Shown here piece after piece: positions 55,847 to 64,000 of a DNA stretch of 64,000 nt. Positions within the stretch are counted from its first letter, which is position 1; every line of letters begins with the position of its first letter. Under the pieces are notes generated by a model. The model was given only the letters and a program-made list of their open reading frames with translations, had not been told where the DNA came from and made no database searches. The DNA is taken from contig CALFYW010000016.1 in the NCBI GenBank assembly GCA_937952265.1, positions 398,661 through 462,660 of the forward strand, given 5' to 3'. The position numbers and the translations under genes are program-made. This DNA comes from an uncultured bacterium (GTDB taxonomy: Bacteria; Patescibacteriota; Minisyncoccia; Phycocordibacterales; GCA-2401445).

Positions 55847-56422
55847 ATGAAGAAACTCAATCTTGGTTGTGGTGATTTTAAAAAAGAAGGATTCGTTAAC
55901 CTTGATATCAATCCACATACCCATCCCGACATTGTGTGGGACCTCGACACGTATCCGTACCCATTCGAAGACAAAACGTTCGATCTTATTGAGGCTGACC
56001 ACGTGCTTGAACATGTGAAAGACCCTTTTCGCACGATGCACGAACTTCATCGAATTTTGGGGAATGACAAAGAGTTAATTGTGCGGGTACCACACTTCTC
56101 GCGAGGATTTACGCACGCAGACCATAAGCGTGGGTTTGATGTGGGATTCCCGTTTTATTTCCAGCGGGATTTCCAGGGAGGGTATAGTGGTGTTGAATTT
56201 AAGAGTAGTAGCGTAAAGCTTACTTGGTTTTCTCAGCCATACCTCAAGAGGAGTGTGTTAGGACCTATCTCATTTTATGTTGGGTGGACGTGTGGAAAGA
56301 TATTTGATTTTTTTGCCCAACTTTCTCCCTTCTTTTGTTCACGAGTGTGGTGTTTTTGGGTTGGCGGTTTTGAACAGGTTGAATTCCGTTTTCGAGCAAT
56401 TCACACTTCGGAGGGACGCTAG
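55847..56422 (+). CDS. SAM-dependent methyltransferase (type 11), paralog of 42304-42861
   Basis: KKLNLGCG, VNLD, PFEDKTFD, HVLEHV, ELHRIL, RVPHF. Confidence 0.88.
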   Translation: MKKLNLGCGDFKKEGFVNLDINPHTHPDIVWDLDTYPYPFEDKTFDLIEADHVLEHVKDPFRTMHELHRILGNDKELIVRVPHFSRGFTHADHKRGFDVGFPFYFQRDFQGGYSGVEFKSSSVKLTWFSQPYLKRSVLGPISFYVGWTCGKIFDFFAQLSPFFCSRVWCFWVGGFEQVEFRFRAIHTSEGR

Positions 56423-56425
56423 AAA

Positions 56426-58417
56426 TTATTTTCTCTTGGTGTGAGAAAATATCTGGACCATTTCATTTTCATAAATTAGTTTTATTGAATCTGTTTCTTT
56501 AATATTTCCTCCAAGGAGTCGCTCTCGTGGGCCGAGATAGAGGTAGTCAAGATGGAAAGAATTTTCAATTGGTAGAGCAGTTTCAGTGTATTCCTGATAT
56601 TGCTCAAGAAGCTTCGTGTGGTCTTCGTCTGAAATATACGGGGGAAGGAATCCTTTATTTGTAAAAATACTTCCTGGTTGCTTTGCACGAAGCATGTCCC
56701 CATATAGGTAACTCAATCCTTCAAATTCATAGCTTGCTGGAGGATAAGTTTCTTCTGTGGCAAAGAAATGAGCAAAGACATCCGAGGTAATCATAAATAG
56801 GTGCGAGATCTCCATAAATCGTTTTGTAATTTCTTCATTTGGAGCGATAGAGGTAAGCCCGTTTGGCGCATAGAGATTGTTGAAAGTGAGGTTAGCAAGA
56901 TAGGTATTTGAAAGAAATGATGGTGTACCAACGACACTTCCTGGCTGGGTGTTTTCATTAAGCCACTTAAAACTCTCAGATTCATATTGTGGAATCATGG
57001 CACGGGCCTTGCTCTCCTCGATAAAATTTTCTTGCGCCATCATTCCTTTGATAAAAAGCAAACCAATAGCGATCCAAAGAAGGAAGATGAGGTATTCGCG
57101 GTGTGATATGTTAAACAGGTATCGAAACCCCCAGAGTATGTAAAGGAGGGTGATAAATCCTGCAATACCAAAAACTCCAAACATGACCACCGTGCTTTCG
57201 GTGGTAATCCCAATAATCGAAAGTGGAATAACCAGGGTGAGAGTGATCAAGGCGCTTTTTTTCTCCGATGGTACTTTACATTTGTGCTGGAGGAAGTAGT
57301 ACGCAAGTACGAAGAATGAAAGTGTTAATACTACTTGTTGTGGTTTTATCCAGTGATCTGGCTGAGGATTAAATCCAGTAATAATTTGGAAATTATAAAT
57401 AACAAATACTGGAAGGAGTAAGCTGGCAAACCACACACCATTATTGCTTTTTGTATTTCGATAAAGGAACAAAAAGAGAATTGCAAGTACCGCATGTTGA
57501 ACATAAAAGAATAAAACTCGAGGGTACCACAATGGTTTATGAGTATGCTCTGGTCCAAGCCTTAGTGCGAGATCTGAATATGAGGGAAGTGCTTGAACCG
57601 CAAAAAAAGAAATCCAGTATGGAATAGAAATCAAAAGTCCCAGCCCGATGATAATCGCGGTGTTTTTTACAACGCTCCATTTTTTTGAAAACGCGGCAAT
57701 CCCGAGCAAAAATACGAGTGCGATTCCAAGGTACGCCACATAATAAAAATAGGTATAAAAAAGAATCCCAAAGGAAATCCCCGCAAGGTAACAAGTGATT
57801 CTTTCATTGCGTTGTATAGTTCGATAGATGAGGTAGAGCGCAAGAATGAAAAAGGGGAGGGTCAGGAGCGGGTCCTCGAATCGATCAAGTGGAAGGTGTT
57901 TTGGTGCAAGGATTAGCTTTGTTAAGAACCATGATTGGTAGTATTCTGAAAAGAGTGGAAAAAAAGCGAGATAGCGGGGTAAGATAATAGAGAACATTGC
58001 AAAAAAAATCGCACCTGTCTTCTGTCTCGTAATTTCAAAAAAGAGCAGATAAAGAAAAAAGAAGGTTGCTATTGGAAAGAGGGCGTCACCTAGCATATTT
58101 GCGATCTGTATGTCCCCAACGAATCGAGCAAAATAACCCGCAATCAGATGGGGTATTGGTGGAAGAAAGTTTGGAGAATCTTGGTATTCCCAAACATTGA
58201 CATCACCCGCAGGCTCTCCATTAATAAATACTTCATTGACCCGTGCGGTGGTAAAGTGTCGTTCATCAAGGTTAACAAGCGTAGGATAGTATTCGATCCC
58301 TCTTTTCGAGAAGCTCTCAAAAAGGATGAAATGGGCAGTTCCATGGAGCAAGAAAATGGCAATGAGTAGGAGAAGCGCAATATGATGCCGGAATATAAAT
58401 GAAGCTAATCTTGACAT
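56426..58417 (-). CDS. Large polytopic membrane protein, GT-C/STT3-like architecture
   Basis: About 13 TMs, LDE in the first outer loop, soluble C-terminal domain beginning WLNENTQPGSVV and ending LDYLYLG...LIYENEMVQIF; no WWDYG motif. Confidence 0.6.
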   Translation of the reverse strand: MSRLASFIFRHHIALLLLIAIFLLHGTAHFILFESFSKRGIEYYPTLVNLDERHFTTARVNEVFINGEPAGDVNVWEYQDSPNFLPPIPHLIAGYFARFVGDIQIANMLGDALFPIATFFFLYLLFFEITRQKTGAIFFAMFSIILPRYLAFFPLFSEYYQSWFLTKLILAPKHLPLDRFEDPLLTLPFFILALYLIYRTIQRNERITCYLAGISFGILFYTYFYYVAYLGIALVFLLGIAAFSKKWSVVKNTAIIIGLGLLISIPYWISFFAVQALPSYSDLALRLGPEHTHKPLWYPRVLFFYVQHAVLAILFLFLYRNTKSNNGVWFASLLLPVFVIYNFQIITGFNPQPDHWIKPQQVVLTLSFFVLAYYFLQHKCKVPSEKKSALITLTLVIPLSIIGITTESTVVMFGVFGIAGFITLLYILWGFRYLFNISHREYLIFLLWIAIGLLFIKGMMAQENFIEESKARAMIPQYESESFKWLNENTQPGSVVGTPSFLSNTYLANLTFNNLYAPNGLTSIAPNEEITKRFMEISHLFMITSDVFAHFFATEETYPPASYEFEGLSYLYGDMLRAKQPGSIFTNKGFLPPYISDEDHTKLLEQYQEYTETALPIENSFHLDYLYLGPRERLLGGNIKETDSIKLIYENEMVQIFSHTKRK

Positions 58418-58475
58418 CTAATTAGTTTTTACGTATAAAAAATACCATGGTAGACGGTTATACTATACTCGGGAT

Positions 58476-59855
58476 ATGAATTTCTCCAAACGGCAAGAGC
58501 CGTTCTCTTTTTCGCGTGCGTTTGTGCAAGGGGAACTCCACCTCGGTATTTGGAGTTTCTTTAAAAAATTTGTCGGTGTTGGAAATTCTTTCTTCGTCTT
58601 AAGCTCCCTTACTCTATATCAATACGGAGTCTATCAGCTCCTACTCTCTTTTTATGCAATTGTGTCTGATTTCTTCCACGATTTGTTTGCGAGCGTAACT
58701 TCAAATGATATTGCTCGTTTTATTGGAGAGAGAAAAGAAGCACATGCAAAACGACTCTTTCTTGAATATGCCCGATTTCGTCTTTTTATGGCTGCAATTC
58801 CTTTGGTAGGGACTTTTTTTATTGCATCTTCCGTTTCGCACCTTTATGGACCTGAAGCTATTCTTTGGGTTCAAATACTCGGTATTTTATTTATGGTAGA
58901 TGCCATACTCGCGCTTGCAATGATTCTTTTAAAACTCCGACTTGAATTTCGCATTGTCGCAACACGTCCAGCTTTTCAGAAATTTATCCAACTCGCTGTC
59001 TTAGCGTATTTCTTTTTCTTTTCTTCTATTGGGATCAAAGAGGTCTTGCTGGCACAGCTTCTTGCGCCGCTCATCACCTTGGTTTTTCTTATCCCCGCCA
59101 TTATTCGCGTTTATCACCCATGGAGAAGTTTGCGTGGATTATCAGAAGGTATTTTTGTTTCGGTGGTGCGATCTTACGGAAAGTGGGAGATCCCGCAATC
59201 ACTACTTCGCGACCTGGTAGCCAAAGTCCGACCTTGGATTATTAAGTTTTTTCTCACTACGGAAGCAGTCGGAATTTTTGGCGTTGCGAATACCGCAGTT
59301 TCTTTATTGAAGGATTTAATACCGATGCGTACCCTCTCTACTCTTGTGCCACGGAAAGTTTCTGATCGGGGGTACCTCAATTTTCTTTTTGCGTATGGAA
59401 CAAAATATTATCTTCTTCTCGGAGCAGGTCTGGTCGTGATTGGGGGGGTTGGTTTTCCTATCGCTATTAAATTCCTTTTCCCGCATTTTTCATCCGCAAT
59501 TCCGCTCTTCTATATACTGCTTCCAACGGTACTCTTCTTCGCGTTTATAAAAATCATCAGTATCTTTTTGGTTGTTGAAAGACGCCAACGGTTTATCTTC
59601 TACTTCTCTCTTTTTCAAAGTGTCATCACGCTCGCATTTCTCGTAGGTGCAGTAAGTAAATTTGGGCTCATGGGTATTGCGCTAGCTGAAGTCTTCGCGC
59701 TTGGTATTGCAATTTTGGTTAAATACCGTTATCTCTTGCGGCAGAAATTTATTAAGCCCTTTTCTTTTGGCACGCTGTTTACTTTCACCCAAGAGGATCG
59801 ACGTATTTTATCAATACTGCATTTGAATATTTTTGCCTTTTTAAAGAAAAAATAA
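58476..59855 (+). CDS. Oligosaccharide flippase (Wzx/MOP family)
   Basis: About 12 TMs, LTLYQYGVYQL, EAVGIFGVA, FGLMGIALA pattern. Confidence 0.8.
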   Translation: MNFSKRQEPFSFSRAFVQGELHLGIWSFFKKFVGVGNSFFVLSSLTLYQYGVYQLLLSFYAIVSDFFHDLFASVTSNDIARFIGERKEAHAKRLFLEYARFRLFMAAIPLVGTFFIASSVSHLYGPEAILWVQILGILFMVDAILALAMILLKLRLEFRIVATRPAFQKFIQLAVLAYFFFFSSIGIKEVLLAQLLAPLITLVFLIPAIIRVYHPWRSLRGLSEGIFVSVVRSYGKWEIPQSLLRDLVAKVRPWIIKFFLTTEAVGIFGVANTAVSLLKDLIPMRTLSTLVPRKVSDRGYLNFLFAYGTKYYLLLGAGLVVIGGVGFPIAIKFLFPHFSSAIPLFYILLPTVLFFAFIKIISIFLVVERRQRFIFYFSLFQSVITLAFLVGAVSKFGLMGIALAEVFALGIAILVKYRYLLRQKFIKPFSFGTLFTFTQEDRRILSILHLNIFAFLKKK

Positions 59856-59869
59856 TACTATTGGAGCTT

Positions 59870-60646
59870 ATGAATAATCGCGAACTTCAGGAATTCTATA
59901 ATCGTGTCTATAAGAAAGGAGAGCGCAAACATTACAGTAAATTCTTGCTGACAAAAGAAGGCCTTACCCAAGAGAAGAGAGCTATTTTAAATACAACGTC
60001 ATGGAATAGGAAACGAGTACTTGATATTGGATGTGGTACCGGTGAACTTGCTTACCATATTGCTCAAAAAGCAAAATATGTGTGCGGAATTGACTACGCG
60101 CCAAGTGCGATAAAAATTGCTCAGAAACATTACCAGAGAGATAATTTAACCTACTTGCAAAGTGATGTTGAATCTCTCGATGAGGCTTTTGATGTTATCG
60201 TGATGGCTGGAGTGCTAGAGCATATTGACGAACCTTTTCTATTGCTCAAGAAATTGTCACATTTACTTGCTCCCAAGGGTTCCATAATCGTGACTTGTCC
60301 AAACTGGTCGAATATGAGGGGGTATATTTTGCTCGCCCTCGCAATGCTTTTTGACGCTCGTATTACACTAGCAGATATTCATTATTTTACACCGGTTGAG
60401 TTTGAAGCTTGGGCAAGGAAGCTTCGAATGAAGCTCTCATGGAATAGTATTGAACAGGAGTGGGGCCACGGAGAGAAAATGATTGCTGATTTTAAGAAAC
60501 GTCTTCCTAAGGTGCTTCAAGATACGCAGGTAAAGATTTCTCCTCAGAAGATTTCTCGATTTATCGCGTGGCTTTCAAAACATTACGCGTTAGAAACCAA
60601 TCAAAAAGCTTCAGGCGCAGTTGGTATTTATCATCTTAAAAGGTAA
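59870..60646 (+). CDS. SAM-dependent methyltransferase
   Basis: VLDIGCGTG, GIDYA, FDVIVMAGVLEHI. Confidence 0.9.
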   Translation: MNNRELQEFYNRVYKKGERKHYSKFLLTKEGLTQEKRAILNTTSWNRKRVLDIGCGTGELAYHIAQKAKYVCGIDYAPSAIKIAQKHYQRDNLTYLQSDVESLDEAFDVIVMAGVLEHIDEPFLLLKKLSHLLAPKGSIIVTCPNWSNMRGYILLALAMLFDARITLADIHYFTPVEFEAWARKLRMKLSWNSIEQEWGHGEKMIADFKKRLPKVLQDTQVKISPQKISRFIAWLSKHYALETNQKASGAVGIYHLKR

Positions 60647-60656
60647 TAGGGAGCAC

Positions 60657-62252
60657 ATGCGAAACTTGACAGATAAAACTATTTACGATATTTTGACTCC
60701 ATTGCAGAGATCTATGGAAAGAGGAGAAACAAGCGTTTTTGATTTTAGAGATTTATTCGTCTTTGAAATGGCCAATAACCATCAAGGGAGTCTTGAGCAT
60801 GGAAAAAAGATTATTCGTGAAATGGGGGTTATTGCGAAGAAAAAAAATATACGCGGAGCTATTAAATTTCAATTTCGAGATCTAGACACATTCATCCATC
60901 CTGAATTTCGTCGAGATAAAGAAGCTAAACATATTTCCCGTTTTCTCTCCACCCGTTTGACTGAAAGTGACTTTGAGACCTTAGTGAAATATGCCCGACG
61001 ACAAGGACTTATGACGATGGCGACCCCTTTTGATGAAGTCTCAGTCGATATGATTGATCGTTTAGGAATCCAGATTATTAAAGTCGCAAGTTGCTCAGCT
61101 CATGATTGGCCACTACTCGAGAGGATCGCTCAAACAGATCGTCCGATTATTGTCTCCGTGGGTGGACTTACGCTCAAGGAAGTCGATCGTGTGGTCAGCT
61201 TCTTCGAACATCGAGGCGCACACTTCGCCCTCATGCACTGCGTGGCGGTGTATCCAACTCCTGATAAAGATTTAAATCTCAATCAAATTACGCTTATGCT
61301 AGAGCGATACCCGCATATTACTATTGGATTTTCAACGCATGAATCCCCTGATAACACGACAGCTATCGCTCTTGCGTATGCGCGCGGAGCGCGTATCTTT
61401 GAAAAACACGTTGGAGTAGCAACTGATACCATTAAACTTAATGCGTACTCTGCAGATCCGACTCAGGTAAGTCATTGGATTGATGCATATCGTAAGGCGA
61501 GGGTGTCATGTGGAGATGATGTAGAAAGGACGATTGGAACACAAGAGAAAAAAGATCTCCAAACGCTTTTACGTGGAGTGTATGTGAAGCGAAAGCTAAA
61601 AGCCGGATCAATTATTTCCAGAAACGATGTATTTTTTGCAATGCCATATCAAAGTGGCCAAATGAAGAGCGGTCGATTTAAAGAAGGTTTTACTGCTGAT
61701 CGGGATTATAAGAAAAATGAACCTCTCAATGCATACATTGAACCTCAGCGTCCTTATAAAAGAGACATTGTCTATGGAGCAATCCGTGAAGCGAAAGCGA
61801 TGCTCGCCAAAGCGCGTATTCCGCTCAATCATGAATTTTCAGTTGAAATCTCGCACCATTTTGGGCTTGATAAATTTCAGGAGACAGGTTGCATGATCAT
61901 CGAATGTATTAATCGGGAATATGCAAAGAAGCTCATTATTCAATTTCCCGGACAGAAGAATCCAGTACATTATCATAAGGAAAAAGATGAGACCTTCCAA
62001 GTTCTCTTTGGTTCACTTGAAGTAGTGGTGGAAGGGAAAAAGCGTACGCTCTTTCCTGGAGACACGCTATGGGTTCCACGTGGAGTGTGGCACGGCTTCC
62101 ATACTAATACCGGCGTCGTGTTCGAGGAGATCTCTACGGTCGCAAAGGGTAATGATTCTTATTATGTAGACAAGCAAATTGCAAGTATTCCACGAGAAAC
62201 ACGAAAAACCTACCTTCAAAACTGGGGAAGACATCAGTTTGATGAAGAGTGA
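60657..62252 (+). CDS. NeuB-family nonulosonate synthase fused to SAF and C-terminal cupin domains
   Basis: FEMANNHQG, AIKFQ, TPFD, KVAS, MHCVAVYPT, GFSTHE, FEKH; RGVY...FFAMP (SAF); NPVHYHKEKDETF...VPRGVWHGF...FEEIST (cupin). Confidence 0.9.
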   Translation: MRNLTDKTIYDILTPLQRSMERGETSVFDFRDLFVFEMANNHQGSLEHGKKIIREMGVIAKKKNIRGAIKFQFRDLDTFIHPEFRRDKEAKHISRFLSTRLTESDFETLVKYARRQGLMTMATPFDEVSVDMIDRLGIQIIKVASCSAHDWPLLERIAQTDRPIIVSVGGLTLKEVDRVVSFFEHRGAHFALMHCVAVYPTPDKDLNLNQITLMLERYPHITIGFSTHESPDNTTAIALAYARGARIFEKHVGVATDTIKLNAYSADPTQVSHWIDAYRKARVSCGDDVERTIGTQEKKDLQTLLRGVYVKRKLKAGSIISRNDVFFAMPYQSGQMKSGRFKEGFTADRDYKKNEPLNAYIEPQRPYKRDIVYGAIREAKAMLAKARIPLNHEFSVEISHHFGLDKFQETGCMIIECINREYAKKLIIQFPGQKNPVHYHKEKDETFQVLFGSLEVVVEGKKRTLFPGDTLWVPRGVWHGFHTNTGVVFEEISTVAKGNDSYYVDKQIASIPRETRKTYLQNWGRHQFDEE

Positions 62253-62271
62253 TTCGGTTTAAAAAGTAGGG

Positions 62272-62934
62272 ATGAAAGATATAAGATCAGAAAATATCAA
62301 GACGTTGGTTTTTGATTTTGATGGAACTCTTACTAAAGGCGGAGAATCTCTAAAGAAAGAATCATGGGTTGAGCTTGGAAAAGATGACCTCTCTTTTCAA
62401 AAAGCCCTACTTCACGCCCATAATTTTTTTGCTGGAAGTAAGAGTCGATTTGAGATTATACGATACGCGTTGGGAGAATCTTCCCATTATTCAAAAAAGA
62501 ATATTGAGGCATTGGTGGAGGGTTATGCATTTCAGTACGATCAGATTGTACAGCGTAGACTTCTAGCGAGTGGACTCATTGAAGGAACGATAAAAGGACT
62601 TGAGGTGCTTAGAAATCGATTTTCACTCTATATTAACACAAGCACCCCCGAAATCGCGGTGAAAGAGAGTTTAAAAAACTTAAATATCAGGCACCATTTT
62701 TCTGGTGTTTTCGGAAAACCTAGCTCGAAGTCTCAAAACTTAAAAAAAATAATAAAGAAAGAGAATGTGTTAGTCGAGAATGTGCTTTTTATTGGTGATA
62801 GCGAACATGATAGAGAAGTGGCGACAGATCTCGGGGTTACTTTTATTGGTGTTGCGAATAAGGAAAACCGGTGGAAGCATACTGATTTTCCCCTTATTCA
62901 TTCAGTCTTTGATTTGATCGTTTTGACCCAGTAG
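62272..62934 (+). CDS. HAD-superfamily phosphatase
   Basis: FDFDGTL, NTST, GKPSSK, IGDSEHD. Confidence 0.9.
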   Translation: MKDIRSENIKTLVFDFDGTLTKGGESLKKESWVELGKDDLSFQKALLHAHNFFAGSKSRFEIIRYALGESSHYSKKNIEALVEGYAFQYDQIVQRRLLASGLIEGTIKGLEVLRNRFSLYINTSTPEIAVKESLKNLNIRHHFSGVFGKPSSKSQNLKKIIKKENVLVENVLFIGDSEHDREVATDLGVTFIGVANKENRWKHTDFPLIHSVFDLIVLTQ

Positions 62935-62961
62935 ATTTTTTGTGTAATAAATAGAGACACC

Positions 62962-63684
62962 ATGAAAATATACGCAATCATTCCCGCGCGCGGTGGGTCA
63001 AAAGGGGTCCCAGGAAAGAACACCCGCCTTTTAGCGGGAAAACCACTGATCGCATGGACCATTGAAGCCGCAAAAAAGGTACCCCATATTGATAAAGTAA
63101 TCGTGAATACCGATGACGAGGCTATTGCGCGCGTGTCGCGTGAATATGGTGCTGAAGTGTTTGATCGACCAAAAGAACTAGCAGAAGATCTAACTTTAGA
63201 TCTTCCTGTATTTGAGCATCATCTCAACACACTAAAGGAGCAGAATGATTGTCCTGACGTAATAGTTGATCTCCGCGCTACTGCCCCTTTGCGTAGGAGC
63301 GAACGTATTCGAGAGGGTATTGAGCTCTTACTTAAGCATGGTCCAGAAAAAGCAGATTCAGTACGAGCGGTGTCAAAAGCATCGAAACATCCTTACAAGA
63401 TGTGGAGGTTTCAGGATAGCTATATTGAACCACTACTTTCAGAAGACCATACAGGAATCAAGGAGCCATATAATGTGGCTCGACAAATGCTCCCGTTGGT
63501 ATATCAGAATAACGGATGTATGAATGCGTTTTGGCCACATATTGTACTTGAAAAGAATTCCATGACTGGCGCCTGTATCGCCGGATACCCAATGGAGGAT
63601 TGGGAATCAGTCAATATTGATACTGAATTCGATTTTCTTCTTGCTGAGTATCTGATGAAAAAACATCAGCATTATTTTAATTAA
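62962..63684 (+). CDS. Acylneuraminate cytidylyltransferase (NeuA/CMP-NulO synthetase family)
   Basis: IIPARGGSKGVPGKN, GKPLIAWTI, RPKELA, LRATAPLR, NIDTEFDF. Confidence 0.93.
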   Translation: MKIYAIIPARGGSKGVPGKNTRLLAGKPLIAWTIEAAKKVPHIDKVIVNTDDEAIARVSREYGAEVFDRPKELAEDLTLDLPVFEHHLNTLKEQNDCPDVIVDLRATAPLRRSERIREGIELLLKHGPEKADSVRAVSKASKHPYKMWRFQDSYIEPLLSEDHTGIKEPYNVARQMLPLVYQNNGCMNAFWPHIVLEKNSMTGACIAGYPMEDWESVNIDTEFDFLLAEYLMKKHQHYFN

Positions 63685-63692
63685 ACAAATAC

Positions 63693-64000
63693 ATGTCTAT
63701 GAAAGTAAAAATTATCGGAGCGGGATCAATTGGAAATCACTTAGCGCAGGCAGCTCGTCGAATGAACTGGGAAGTCGTGGTGGTTGACCGTGATAAAAAG
63801 GCACTTAATCGAATGAAGGACGAGATCTATCCTTCTCGGTATGGGGCATGGGATCCGGAGATTTCACTTTTTGAAAGTATTAATGAGCCGAAAGGTGATT
63901 TTGATGTCATTATGGTTGGTACTCCTCCTGATGTGAGGATGAGGGTTGCCCTCGAAGCCTTAAAGGAAGAACCGCGAATTCTTCAATTAGAAAAACCTAT
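63693..64000 (+). CDS. Gfo/Idh/MocA-family oxidoreductase (partial; runs off window end)
   Basis: Own translation: MSMKVKIIGAGSIGNHLA...IMVGTPPDVRM...LQLEKP (Rossmann GxGxxG, TPP and EKP motifs). Confidence 0.85.
   Translation, partial: MSMKVKIIGAGSIGNHLAQAARRMNWEVVVVDRDKKALNRMKDEIYPSRYGAWDPEISLFESINEPKGDFDVIMVGTPPDVRMRVALEALKEEPRILQLEKP

Noticed and set aside
1-64000. CRISPR array, rRNA, intact IS/prophage, self-splicing introns, recoded stop codons
   Set aside because: No regularly spaced repeats, rRNA signatures, transposase or phage genes were seen; conserved genes are full length in the standard code and use TGA as a stop

Overview
Chromosomal segment of a small-genome bacterium, most likely Candidate Phyla Radiation/Patescibacteria (Parcubacteria-like). 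This is inferred from gene content and arrangement: secG next to a lone family-5 solute-binding protein, a TM-less VirD4/TraD-like ATPase, a lamin-tail/PKD surface protein, class II RNR and mostly SD-less genes. Bases 1-31000 are mainly housekeeping: rnj (partial), secG, groES/EL, lemA-htpX, msrB, alr, nrdJ, RNase P RNA, murJ, lepA, ftsB-like, murD, murC, rsmI and three tRNAs (Ser-GGA, Gly-CCC, Arg-CCT). They also hold several orphan genes and a ~1 kb decayed integrative element at the tRNA-Ser 3' end. From 31203 to the window end is a >32 kb surface-glycan locus. It opens with a VirD4-like ATPase and a membrane-anchored lamin-tail/PKD protein. It continues with eight GT4s, a GT9, three tandem paralogous unclassified GT-B proteins, a GT2, AsnB, two GT-C-like membrane proteins, four methyltransferases, two flippase-type proteins and a nonulosonic-acid module (NeuB-SAF-cupin fusion, HAD phosphatase, NeuA, oxidoreductase). 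The most notable candidates are: (i) a possible compact KDN-like/nonulosonate pathway with a putative new transferase family, co-transcribed with an ATPase and a Ser/Thr-rich surface protein; (ii) a two-class expression architecture, with apparently leaderless core genes versus orphan genes that have -35/-10 promoters and strong SD motifs, including unannotated small basic proteins; (iii) a tRNA-Ser att repeat interrupted by a small palindrome. All family calls come from motif recognition by eye; no searches were run.
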